Positions 21,301 to 29,915 of a stretch of 64,000 nt of DNA are shown piece after piece. The position numbers were made by a program, and so were the translations under genes. Under the pieces are notes generated by a model. That model was given only the letters and a program-made list of their open reading frames with translations. It ran no database searches and had not been told where the DNA came from. The first letter of the stretch is position 1; each line of letters opens with the position of its first letter. This stretch comes from Clostridia bacterium (GTDB taxonomy: Bacteria; Bacillota; Clostridia; RGIG6154). The DNA lies in assembly GCA_045589295.1 (NCBI GenBank), contig JAZNOU010000007.1, forward strand, positions 32,001 through 96,000, read 5' to 3'.

Positions 21301-21433
21301 GACCGTCAAAAAAAGTAAATACTGGTGCATCCTTCTTAATGCTTCGTTCAAAAACGTTATTCTTATTCCAGAATTCTATGGTTTCAAGCTCCCTTTGCTT
21401 AAAATCCAAATCTGTGGAAACTTTTTTATACAC
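18326..21433 (-). CDS. ileS: Isoleucine--tRNA ligase, type 2 (IleRS2)
   Basis: DGPPTANGKPHIGH, GWDTHGLP, WTTTPWTLP, DQTRGWFY, KMSKH; 1035 aa with type-2 C-terminus. Confidence 0.97.
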   Translation of the reverse strand: MYKKVSTDLDFKQRELETIEFWNKNNVFERSIKKDAPVFTFFDGPPTANGKPHIGHILTRVMKDIIPRYKTMKGYKVLRKAGWDTHGLPVELEVEKILGIDGKPEIEKYGVQPFIEECKKSVWKYEGLWKEMSDRVGFWADMENPYVTYHNEFIESVWWALKQIWDKGLIYKGHKVVPYCPRCGTALSSHEVAQGYKDVEDTSAYVNFKIKGKDEYIMAWTTTPWTLPSNVALAVNGEVDYIKAKFEDKIYIVAKELANSVFGEEYEVIEEYKGENLKGIEYEPLFDYAKPEKKCWFVIADSYVTTTDGTGIVHIAPAFGEDDARVGRDNDLPFVQMINTEGKFVEGTDKYEGVFMKDADPMVLEDLKAKGLLFKPQKFTHSYPFCWRCDTPLIYYARATWFIAMTKVREQLLKNNATVNWMPENIKDGRFGNFLDGVIDWGLSRERYWGTPLPIWECSCGHRHMIGSIEELKSMSDNCPDDIELHRPYIDAVEIKCPECGGKMHRVPEVIDCWFDSGSMPFAQWHYPFENKEIFDENFPADFISEAIDQTRGWFYTLMAISTLIFDKAPYKNVIVLGHVQDKDGQKMSKHKGNVVDPWDVLNNQGADAVRWYFYTSSSPWLPNRFYGEAVNECQRKFMGTLWNTYAFYILYADIDNFDPTQYKLEYDKLSVMDKWILSRLNTLIKQTDNDLENYRITESARAIQDFVDELSNWYVRRCRERFWQKDMPQDKVNAFMTLYTVLYEVSKLAAPYVPFMTEEIYQNLVRTNDKSAPESIHFCDYPVANENWIDSELESNMQTVLNIVVAGRAARNTANVKNRQPLSCIYAKAEKPIAKEYFDIVLEELNVKGLEFIEDVSGFVGYKFKPQLRTLGPKYGKILGKIGQFLADCDTISAMADLEAGKTFDFEIDGNAVSLLKEDLLIETTQKEGMVSQTEKDVTVVLDTNLNDALIEEGFTREIISKIQTMRKDSDFLVQDHIKIAFSGNSKIGEVIERNKAEIMSDTLAEDVLEGVFDINKEWNINGEKVVLSVEVIK

Positions 21434-21488
21434 TTAAATTACCTCCTGTGAAGCAAAACATTTTTTTTGCAAAATTGCTCTTCATATT

Positions 21489-21517
21489 ATTTTACTCTAA
21501 AATAAACAATTTGTAAA
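21489..21517 (-). promoter_or_regulatory. sigmaA promoter of ileS operon
   Basis: TTTACA-N17-TAAAAT about 55 nt before the ileS start. Confidence 0.6.
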
Positions 21518-21520
21518 GAG

Positions 21521-22186
21521 TTAAACATCAATTTTCATCATATTTTCTTTTAATAAACTATCTCGATTTATATCCCAATGTAAAAGTTTAAACTCAGGAA
21601 TATATTTAACAAATGCATCTAAAACACTACTTGCTTTAAGGTTAGCCATTTCACCTGTTGATAAAACCATATTTAGTACAATTTCTGTCCCGTTACATTC
21701 TTCAATTTTAATCTCTCGTATTAAAGGTTTTATATCAACATCAGAAATTCCTTTTTTACTTTTTTTAGCTATTACAATGGTATCTCTTGATAAAAATTTA
21801 TCAATTAACCTCTGTAGATTGTCAACATTTTCTATCAATGCAATTCTCACTGTGTATTTTGAAAAACAAAGTAAATTCATCGCTTCTTTTGGTTCCCACG
21901 CACGCATAATTCTTATATCTCTTGGCATTGCTGAATTTATCTGTGGGACAAGCGTCTCAAAGTTAGGTGCAGAATTAAGCTGAATATCCAGATATTCTTC
22001 ATCTGATGTAGTTCCGACCGGTAATGGATAAGCTATTGACATCTTTGGATGTGGATTAAACCCTTGTGAAAAAGCAATATCCACGCCTGCTATTTTGAAT
22101 ATTCTTTGGAACATTCTCATAAGATCAAGATGTGAAACAAATTTAGCATAGCCTTTTTTATAGAAAGAAAGCCTTACTTTATACAC
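21521..22186 (-). CDS. TIGR03936/DUF2344 radical SAM-linked protein
   Basis: FVSHLDLMR, FSQGFNPHPK, PLPVG; overlaps the radical SAM gene. Confidence 0.9.
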   Translation of the reverse strand: MYKVRLSFYKKGYAKFVSHLDLMRMFQRIFKIAGVDIAFSQGFNPHPKMSIAYPLPVGTTSDEEYLDIQLNSAPNFETLVPQINSAMPRDIRIMRAWEPKEAMNLLCFSKYTVRIALIENVDNLQRLIDKFLSRDTIVIAKKSKKGISDVDIKPLIREIKIEECNGTEIVLNMVLSTGEMANLKASSVLDAFVKYIPEFKLLHWDINRDSLLKENMMKIDV

Positions 22187-24011
22187 ACTTCACACCTCCC
22201 AAACCATTAATACCGCAACCTGTACAACCCTGTCTGCAATCATTAGTTGTCTTACCTTCTTTTGCATTTTGCAGTTCTTTTTTTAAGTACTCTAAACTAA
22301 TACCTACGTCAATGTGCGACCAAGGTAAAATTTCATTTAAATCACGTTTGCGAACTGCATAAAAATCAGGATTTATTTCACATTCTTCAAAAATCTTTAA
22401 CCACTTTTCAAAATTAAAACATTCATCCCAACTGTCAAACTTGCATCCGTTTTCAAAAGCTTTGAGCATAACTTTTGAAAGTCTTCTGTCGCCACGTGCA
22501 AACACTGCTTCAAGATAACTCAACTTACTGTCGTGCCAGTTGTACGTTACATGTTTGCTTACTGCTTGTTTTAGGGTGTTTTGTTTATCTACAACACTTT
22601 CAATTTTTTCCTGTCCTTCCCACTGAAAAGGTGTAAAAGGTTTTGGAACAAACACCGACGTACTTACAGTTACCTTTACCTGACGTCTTTTTTTATCGGG
22701 CGAAACGTTAAAATATACATCAACAACCTTTTGAGCTAAATCAGCTATTCCTAAAATATCTTCTTTTGTTTCAAAAGGCAGTCCCATCATAAAGTAAAGT
22801 TTTATATTGCTCCAACCATTCGAAAAAGCAAGTGCCGAAGTGTTGAGCAAATCTTGTTCTGTTACATTTTTATTTATAACATCCCTCAATCTCTGAGTTC
22901 CGGCCTCGGGTGCAAAAGTTAATCCACTTTTTCTGACCTTTTGTATCCTGTTCATAAGATCTACAGAAAAGTTATCAACTCTCAACGAAGGAAGTGCTAA
23001 ATTAACCTTCTTGCTCTCTGTAATATCCAGAAGCTTGTCCGCTAATTCATTAAAGCAAGAGTAATCGCTTGAACTAAGTGATGTTAAAGACAATTCATCG
23101 TAACCTGTATTTTTAACAAGTTCAGCAGCTTGTTCAAAAAGCTTGTTGGGTGACTTTTCACGAACCGGTCTGTAAATAAACCCTGCCTGACAAAATCTAC
23201 AACCTCTAGTACACCCTCTAAAAATCTCGAGCATTGCTCTGTTGTGAACAATCTCCGTAAATGGCACAATAGGATTAGTGGGATAATAAACATCATCCAT
23301 ATTCTTAATAATTCTCTTTTTAGGACGTTTAGCCGCATTTAGATTATTAGTTTTTATTTCTTTTACTGTGCCATCGCTATTATACTCTACATCATAAAAC
23401 CCTGGCACATATATTCCCTCAATACGCGCAATTGTTTCTAAAAATGTTTTTCTTGGTTTACCAGAATCTTTCCATTTAACATAAGCATCAGCAACCTCAA
23501 GAAACAACTCTTCGCCCTCACCAAGCATTACAAAATCTGCAAAATCAGCAATTGGTTCACAATTGTATGCACACGGTCCCCCAAAGCACACAAATGTATT
23601 ACCTTCACGTTTTGAAGACAATTTTTCAACATTACCTAAATCAAGCATATTTAAAATATTAGTATATGACATTTCATATTGAAGTGTAAACCCAATAATG
23701 TCAAACTCATTTAATGCCTTTTTATTTTCAAGAGAATACAAAGGTATATTGTTTTCGCGCATTTTTTGTTCCATATCAATCCAAGGAGCAAAAAATCTCT
23801 CACAAAGATAATCCGGATTTTCATTTAAAACGCCATAAAGTATTTTCATACCAAGGTGCGACATTCCAATTTCATATGTGTCCGGGAAACAAAAGGCAAT
23901 TTTACACTTTGATTTTTCAAAGTCTTTAACAATACTTCCTGTTTCACCACCGATATAACGTGCTGGCTTTTGTACCTCCAACAGTAATTTTTCAAATAAT
24001 TTATCTTTCAT
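22179..24011 (-). CDS. TIGR03960-family B12-binding radical SAM protein
   Basis: KPARYIGGE, FPDTYEIGMSHLG, RGCTRGCRFC (CxxxCxxC), TFAPEAGTQRLR, C-terminal CxxxCxxC. Confidence 0.92.
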   Translation of the reverse strand: MKDKLFEKLLLEVQKPARYIGGETGSIVKDFEKSKCKIAFCFPDTYEIGMSHLGMKILYGVLNENPDYLCERFFAPWIDMEQKMRENNIPLYSLENKKALNEFDIIGFTLQYEMSYTNILNMLDLGNVEKLSSKREGNTFVCFGGPCAYNCEPIADFADFVMLGEGEELFLEVADAYVKWKDSGKPRKTFLETIARIEGIYVPGFYDVEYNSDGTVKEIKTNNLNAAKRPKKRIIKNMDDVYYPTNPIVPFTEIVHNRAMLEIFRGCTRGCRFCQAGFIYRPVREKSPNKLFEQAAELVKNTGYDELSLTSLSSSDYSCFNELADKLLDITESKKVNLALPSLRVDNFSVDLMNRIQKVRKSGLTFAPEAGTQRLRDVINKNVTEQDLLNTSALAFSNGWSNIKLYFMMGLPFETKEDILGIADLAQKVVDVYFNVSPDKKRRQVKVTVSTSVFVPKPFTPFQWEGQEKIESVVDKQNTLKQAVSKHVTYNWHDSKLSYLEAVFARGDRRLSKVMLKAFENGCKFDSWDECFNFEKWLKIFEECEINPDFYAVRKRDLNEILPWSHIDVGISLEYLKKELQNAKEGKTTNDCRQGCTGCGINGLGGVKCV

Positions 24012-24045
24012 TTTTTCCTCCGCAACTTAAATTAAAACATTATAA

Positions 24046-24864
24046 TTAGCCTGAATTAACAATGCTTGAAATTTCTTTTTTTCCTTTTCCTTCACTTATC
24101 AGCCTTAAAATATATTTGTTTGAAACAGTTCCGATAATTTTACCATCGCAATCCAATACAAAAGCAATGTTAACATCATCATACGACATAAGTTTTAAAG
24201 CATCTTTAACCAAAGTCTTTTCACCAATATAATAGACCTTGGCCCTGCCATTTTTTATTTCGGATAAGAAAATATCAGCAACACCATTTGATCTATTATT
24301 ATATGGTCGTACACTATCAAGCAGGAACAGTGAAATAAGCAAAAGTGATAAATTTTGTTTTGTTTTAACCAAAAAAATTATTCCTGCTATAAGCATTACC
24401 AAAACAGAAATAAGAGAAATGCATTTAAAAACTCTTTCATTCTTCTTGCTGTTTGTTTCCGACTCAAATAACGACTTTAAAATCCTACCACCATCAAGTG
24501 GTAAAACCGGCATCAAATTTATTATTAACATATAAAAATTTGAAACAAAAAACAATTCAGAACAGTAGTGACCATATTTAACAATAATCACGCCAGCCAC
24601 AAGTAGGATGATATTAACTATTGGCCCTGAAATACCTATAATAATTTCATGATAACCTTTAATTTTTTGGCCGGAAAGGTCAAGGCTCACACCAAACGGC
24701 TGAATTTTTATTCCATGCACACTATAGCCTAAAATTTTTGCTGCAAGCAGATGCCCCGCTTCGTGCAGCAGGGCAATTAAAAACACCGATATGTATTTGA
24801 AAAAACCATCTGTCGCAATTAGAAAAACTAAAAAAACAACGCACCACGGACTAATACTAATAAT
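24046..24864 (-). CDS. spoIVFB: SpoIVFB-like M50 site-2 protease (pro-sigmaK processing type)
   Basis: HEAGH, AGP-like ISGP, NLMPVLPLDGG, C-terminal CBS-like region; follows minD and a spoIVFA-like gene; frame open upstream of GTG 24786 to ATT 24864 with a GGTGA SD. Confidence 0.75.
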   Translation of the reverse strand: MISISPWCVVFLVFLIATDGFFKYISVFLIALLHEAGHLLAAKILGYSVHGIKIQPFGVSLDLSGQKIKGYHEIIIGISGPIVNIILLVAGVIIVKYGHYCSELFFVSNFYMLIINLMPVLPLDGGRILKSLFESETNSKKNERVFKCISLISVLVMLIAGIIFLVKTKQNLSLLLISLFLLDSVRPYNNRSNGVADIFLSEIKNGRAKVYYIGEKTLVKDALKLMSYDDVNIAFVLDCDGKIIGTVSNKYILRLISEGKGKKEISSIVNSG

Positions 24865-24885
24865 TTAAAATCACCAACTTAAATG

Positions 24886-25188
24886 TTAGTTTTCTTCAAC
24901 TGAATTTTCACTAGTATTTCCACTTGCAGGCAAAGTCTGAACCTGATTTAAAATATCAAAAATATAATTTCTTGCAACCGTTGACACCTTTTTAAAATCA
25001 ACATTGGTTGTAAGGTAATATTTCACAGTGTTGTTTATATCTGCACTTATTTTAAAAGGCAATTTTGAATTAATTAATACCAAAGCAAAAACACTTACCG
25101 CTGTGATTGTTTGAAAAAAAAACTTTTTAGCAAATTTTGTATCAGAATCATTTGAAGTTTTACGTCTACTGCTTGAGGTTTTATTCAA
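24886..25188 (-). CDS. Small single-TM protein at the spoIVFA position (SpoIVFA-like, no M23 domain)
   Basis: Basic N-terminus, TM FFFQTITAVSVFALVLI, short helical tail; SD GGGGTGA before TTG 25188; synteny. Confidence 0.55.
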   Translation of the reverse strand: MNKTSSSRRKTSNDSDTKFAKKFFFQTITAVSVFALVLINSKLPFKISADINNTVKYYLTTNVDFKKVSTVARNYIFDILNQVQTLPASGNTSENSVEEN

Positions 25189-25224
25189 AGTTATCACCCC
25201 TTTTAATCAATATGTTCTAAAACA

Positions 25225-25253
25225 AATATATTAAAAAGAGTTAGTTAATATTC
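25225..25253 (-). promoter_or_regulatory. Candidate sigmaE promoter of the spoIVF-like pair
   Basis: GAATA-N16-AATATATT; spoIVF is sigmaE-dependent in B. subtilis; AT-rich context weakens the match. Confidence 0.4.
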
Positions 25254-26040
25254 ACTGTTTCTTACCAAAAATTCTTGAAAAGAAAGAGATTTTTTTCAAA
25301 TTTTGAATTGGAATATTATGACCAGTAATTCTTTTTGCAATGCTCAAAAACTCAACGCCAGTTCTACTCTTTACATCAAGTACAATTGGCGAACCACAAA
25401 TGGCCGCTTCAATAACACCCTCATCTTCAAACAAAACACCAGAAAGTCGCACACCAAGTGCTTCAATAACATCATTAATATTAAGCATAATGCCCTTACC
25501 TATCATTTCAGGACGTACTCTGTTGATAATAAGTCTCATATCCTTTACTCCCGCAATTTCCAAAAGACCTGCCACTCTATCTGCATCGCGTAGAGAATAG
25601 GGTTCAGGATTGACTACAATCAAAGCAATATCCGAAACCTTCGCTGCTGTTTCAAATCCTTCACCAATACCCGCAGGAGCATCAATAATTATATATTCAT
25701 ATATCTTCTTTAATTCATTGATAATTTTTTTAAAATCTTCAAAATTGATATTGTTTTCGGTCTTAAACTGTGAAGTTGGCAAAAAGCCAAGCTGATTATA
25801 ACGTTCATCTTTAATAATTGCCTCACGCAACCGACATTCGCCCATCGCAAGATCAACCATATCATAAATCACGTTATTTTCCAGCCCTAACGCTAAATCA
25901 AGATTTCTAAGCCCAATATCTGTATCTACAATAACCGTCTTATGTCCTAAAATCGAAAGGCCAACACCAACATTGGCGGTAACTGTTGTTTTTCCAACGC
26001 CGCCTTTCCCTGAAATTACTGAAATAACCTTGCTCATCAA
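25252..26040 (-). CDS. minD: Septum site-determining ATPase MinD
   Basis: SGKGGVGKTT, DIGLRNLD, DAPAGI, RDADR, C-terminal amphipathic FFSRIF. Confidence 0.95.
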   Translation of the reverse strand: MMSKVISVISGKGGVGKTTVTANVGVGLSILGHKTVIVDTDIGLRNLDLALGLENNVIYDMVDLAMGECRLREAIIKDERYNQLGFLPTSQFKTENNINFEDFKKIINELKKIYEYIIIDAPAGIGEGFETAAKVSDIALIVVNPEPYSLRDADRVAGLLEIAGVKDMRLIINRVRPEMIGKGIMLNINDVIEALGVRLSGVLFEDEGVIEAAICGSPIVLDVKSRTGVEFLSIAKRITGHNIPIQNLKKISFFSRIFGKKQ

Positions 26041-26050
26041 ATCACATCCT

Positions 26051-28078
26051 TTATCTGTTAAGTGTATTGACTGAATATAAATCTGAGATTTCTAAATTTG
26101 AAAAATATTGTGTAAAAATAGCCTTTGCAATTGGTGCTGCTAAATACCCACCGGTGCCGTGTTCAATTACCACAGCAACCGCTATTTGCGGATTATCATA
26201 TGGTGCAAAAGCAACAAAAATTCCGTTGTTTGATCCTTTGCTAACTTCTGCAGTTCCGGTCTTTCCTGCCACATCTACAAAGAAGTCTTCAAAAACGTTG
26301 CTTGCTGTACCCTCCTCGGCTACTTTTTTCATTCCAAGTTTAACCGCAGAAAGATTTTTTTCATCAATCTTTATTTCTGCACTTTTTACAATTTCAGTTT
26401 TTTTGACAACATCACCAGTTTCACTGTCTTTTATCATTTTTAACAAATGAGGTTGGTATCTTGTTCCACCATTTGCAATAGTTGCAACATATGAAGCAAG
26501 TTGAAGTGGTGTAATCAAATTATCAGATTGTCCTATTGACGCTTGTAATGTATCACCCGGATGCCACACCTCACCACGTTTTTCCTTATTGCTAGGACTT
26601 GCAATTTGACCTTTTACTTCCCCACCTATTTCAATGCGTGCAAGCTGCCCAAATCCAAATTTTTCCGCATACTCATCAAGTTTTACAATACCCAAACGTC
26701 TTCCTACATCAAAAAAATAGTAGTTACATGACTCCTGAAGTGCAGTTACAACATCAACATATCCATGGGTTTGACCTGTTTTCCACTTCATACATGTAGG
26801 TTGATAATCATTATAAAACTTATATTTGCCTTCATCCAAAATCAAATCTGACGGCTCGATTATATTTTCCTCTAAAGCTGCAATTGCAGTAAGCATTTTA
26901 AATGTTGAACCAGGTTCATACGCGCCTCCAATTGCTCTATTCCAAACTGGATTAGCGGGATTTTTAATAAGACTGTTATATTTTTTGTTGTACTCAGCAG
27001 GATGATATGAAGGAAAAGAGGCTATAGATAAAATTTCACCATTATTGACATCAAGGCATACAACGCTACCAGCATTACAATCAGCAACAGATTGTGAAAT
27101 AGACTCGATAGTTTCCTTAAGAGCGTTTTCAGTTACTTCTTGTAATTCTTTATCAATTGTGAGCATAACATTATTACCTTGCTTTGCTGGCACTGTTGTA
27201 ACAATGTTTTCTGAGCCTTTTATTGTCTGCTCGAAACCTTGAATCCCATCTTCTCCCTTAAGGTAATATTCATACGCAAGTTCAATGCCTTGTTTTCCTA
27301 TCAAAGCATCCATGCTATAATTCTTATTTTTAAGTTTTTCATACTCTTCCTGATATATAATTCCCACGTTACCCAAAACATGCGCAAGCATATTCCCATT
27401 AGGATATGCACGTAAACTTGTTTCTGCTACCTCAACGCCCTGAAATTCATTGCTATTTTCTTTAACAATAGCAACAACTTCAGCACTTATATCTTGCAGT
27501 AAAACATAAGGATTATAAATGCTGTATCCTTTTTGCTTCATATCATAAATTATATCACAAATTAACCTTTTATCAGATTCCTCGTATGATAAATTAATCT
27601 TGTATGCATCATATAATTTGTCAATAACTTCCGGCGCTGTTGTTCCGGCATTAAAGTTGTTTTTTTCAAGCCAGGACGAAACCTTTTTATTAAGTTCCTT
27701 ATTATCACCGAAATCAAATTCATATGGTTTTTCCATAGTTATTGGAAGTGAACCTGTATATTCAATGTTTTCACTCTTTAAAGCAGAGGTAAGTTTGTAT
27801 AGCATCGTTGAAAGTTCGCTTCTGTTTAATCCCACATCCTTAATAATAACCGAAAAACCTGTTCGGTTAGTTACTAAAATTTCACCGTATCTGTCAAGAA
27901 TATTACCTCTTGGTGCTTTAATAGTCATTGAAGTATGGAGTTTTTCTTCAGAAACTTTTCTGTAATTTTCCCCATTTATAATTTGAAGGTTAATAAGTCG
28001 AATAATGCATATAAAAAACATAATAGCAACAATCAAACCAACAAAAATTGTTCTTGCTTGTTTGTTATAATAATTCAA
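26051..28078 (-). CDS. mrdA: Penicillin-binding protein 2 (class B, elongasome)
   Basis: N-terminal TM, APRGNILDR, PGSTFK (SxxK), SCN, KTG; follows mreCD. Confidence 0.9.
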   Translation of the reverse strand: MNYYNKQARTIFVGLIVAIMFFICIIRLINLQIINGENYRKVSEEKLHTSMTIKAPRGNILDRYGEILVTNRTGFSVIIKDVGLNRSELSTMLYKLTSALKSENIEYTGSLPITMEKPYEFDFGDNKELNKKVSSWLEKNNFNAGTTAPEVIDKLYDAYKINLSYEESDKRLICDIIYDMKQKGYSIYNPYVLLQDISAEVVAIVKENSNEFQGVEVAETSLRAYPNGNMLAHVLGNVGIIYQEEYEKLKNKNYSMDALIGKQGIELAYEYYLKGEDGIQGFEQTIKGSENIVTTVPAKQGNNVMLTIDKELQEVTENALKETIESISQSVADCNAGSVVCLDVNNGEILSIASFPSYHPAEYNKKYNSLIKNPANPVWNRAIGGAYEPGSTFKMLTAIAALEENIIEPSDLILDEGKYKFYNDYQPTCMKWKTGQTHGYVDVVTALQESCNYYFFDVGRRLGIVKLDEYAEKFGFGQLARIEIGGEVKGQIASPSNKEKRGEVWHPGDTLQASIGQSDNLITPLQLASYVATIANGGTRYQPHLLKMIKDSETGDVVKKTEIVKSAEIKIDEKNLSAVKLGMKKVAEEGTASNVFEDFFVDVAGKTGTAEVSKGSNNGIFVAFAPYDNPQIAVAVVIEHGTGGYLAAPIAKAIFTQYFSNLEISDLYSVNTLNR

Positions 28079-28098
28079 CTTTCCACCTCCTGAAAAAA

Positions 28099-28584
28099 CT
28101 ACATGCGTCTAAGTTTTAGTACAAACTTGTAAAACCAATAAAAAATCAAACCAACAATACAGTTTATTAAACATTGCGGAAGAATGATTTTTGAAAGAAC
28201 AAATGCATTATATGCCATACCATTAAATGCGTAAAATATCCAATAAGACAATAGCTCGGTAATAAGTGTTGCAACAAACACAAATAAAACCGAAATCCAC
28301 GCATTAGCACCCAAAATATGTTTTGATATTTCTATAACAATAAATGCAATCGTTATATACATAATAAAATACATTCCTGGCGCAAATGATGCAAAAATAT
28401 CATAAATTAACGCTATAATCAATGCGTTGGGTATGCTAACTATTTTATCACTAAGTAAGCAAACCACTACAATGCACGCCAAAGCAAAATTGTAATTCAG
28501 CCATCCGATTTTTAGCATCGGCATAACTGTAAGTTGTAGCATAGTAAACACAGCACATGAAAAAAATGTCAAAAACTTATTCAT
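28099..28584 (-). CDS. mreD: Rod shape-determining protein MreD
   Basis: Very hydrophobic protein of about 160 aa between mreC and pbp2. Confidence 0.8.
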   Translation of the reverse strand: MNKFLTFFSCAVFTMLQLTVMPMLKIGWLNYNFALACIVVVCLLSDKIVSIPNALIIALIYDIFASFAPGMYFIMYITIAFIVIEISKHILGANAWISVLFVFVATLITELLSYWIFYAFNGMAYNAFVLSKIILPQCLINCIVGLIFYWFYKFVLKLRRM

Positions 28585-29404
28585 GAACTTCACCCGCCTG
28601 TGTTAAAATTACAACTTCAAAAATATGCTGAAAATCAACATCAGGCTTCAAAATTGCATATTTACCTGTACCATCATTATTATTTTTAAACTCTGTTATC
28701 GTACCTATGAACAAACCTTTAGGATATATACCACCTATTCCCGATGTCATAACTGTGTCGCCAATAATAACATCAGCACCCTCGGTAATTATTGTAATCT
28801 TACACAATCCACTTTTCATGAGGGAAAGATCACCATCAATTTGTACTAAGTCGCCCGTTCTTGATATCACTCCACTTACAGAGTGATCACGATCAATAAC
28901 AGTTGCTACTTTTGCCCAATTATTCCCGGTTTGCATCACCCTACCAATAAGTCCTTTTGAGTTAATAACAGTATCGTTAACCTTAATACCATCATTTTTC
29001 CCCTTATTAACAGAAAAAATATTAAACCAATTCCCTGCATCCTTTGATATTACAGTAGCCGCAACCGGCTTTAAATAATCTAATTCAGACTTTAATTCAA
29101 GAATATTTTTAAGTCTTTCATTTTCTTGTTTATAAGTAATATACTCTTTGTTTTTCTTATTAAGTTCATCAACTTGTTTTTTTAAATTACCATTTTCAAT
29201 ATATAATTTTTGTGTATCGTCCCATTTTGAAAATATTAACTTGATTTCAGCAACAACATTTGTAACTCCGGTTTGTACTGGTGCTACAGCATTGCCAATC
29301 CATGATGTAAAAGTATCTAATAACGGTGTAAAGATACACAAAACTGACAAAATTACAATTATTAAAACAGTAACAACGATAAATTTTGGTTTTTTATTTT
29401 TCAA
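28577..29404 (-). CDS. mreC: Rod shape-determining protein MreC
   Basis: TM, coiled coil ENERLKNIL, NKGKNDG, GLIGRV, TSGIGGIYPKGLFIG. Confidence 0.95.
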   Translation of the reverse strand: MKNKKPKFIVVTVLIIVILSVLCIFTPLLDTFTSWIGNAVAPVQTGVTNVVAEIKLIFSKWDDTQKLYIENGNLKKQVDELNKKNKEYITYKQENERLKNILELKSELDYLKPVAATVISKDAGNWFNIFSVNKGKNDGIKVNDTVINSKGLIGRVMQTGNNWAKVATVIDRDHSVSGVISRTGDLVQIDGDLSLMKSGLCKITIITEGADVIIGDTVMTSGIGGIYPKGLFIGTITEFKNNNDGTGKYAILKPDVDFQHIFEVVILTQAGEVHE

Positions 29405-29915
29405 AGTATACCCTTCTTTTAATTCGATTTAACATAAGTGTGATGATTATTCCTGTTACACCGCCTGTTACAACGGACAGAGGTAGCATATAAACAAGCA
29501 TATTCATACACGCAAATGATTTTGTTAAAAAACAAGCAACACTAATTTGCCCAATATTAAAAATTGCACTTCCAGCTATGCTAATACCAATAACAGAAAT
29601 CTTTTTGGAATATAAAAACTTTTTCAACATTGACATCAGCGCAACAGAAAGCAAAACACCGCACATACTATAAGCAACAGCAGTTAGGGACGAAAAAAGT
29701 AATCCCGAAAGCAGCGATTTAAGTATTGCAATTACATAGGTTGTTTTCAACTTAAAGTAAAACAACGCAAACAACACAACAATATTTGAAATTCCTATTT
29801 TGACACCATACGCAATCCCCTGAGGAAAAGCAAGACTTTCTACATATCCAAGCACAAGTCCCACACCTAAGAGTACGGAAGCAATGATAATATCATGTTT
29901 AAAATGTTGTCGCAT
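29394..29915 (-). CDS. Gx transporter family protein (heptaprenyl diphosphate synthase component I-like)
   Basis: YVES...GVKIGISN, SVIGISIAGS..FNIGQ; paired with NusG-domain-II gene. Confidence 0.85.
   Translation of the reverse strand: MRQHFKHDIIIASVLLGVGLVLGYVESLAFPQGIAYGVKIGISNIVVLFALFYFKLKTTYVIAILKSLLSGLLFSSLTAVAYSMCGVLLSVALMSMLKKFLYSKKISVIGISIAGSAIFNIGQISVACFLTKSFACMNMLVYMLPLSVVTGGVTGIIITLMLNRIKRRVYFEK

Noticed and set aside
18326-21433. IleRS2 as an acquired mupirocin-resistance gene
   Set aside because: Type-2 IleRS is the usual housekeeping form in many Clostridia; it sits in a core operon with no mobile features
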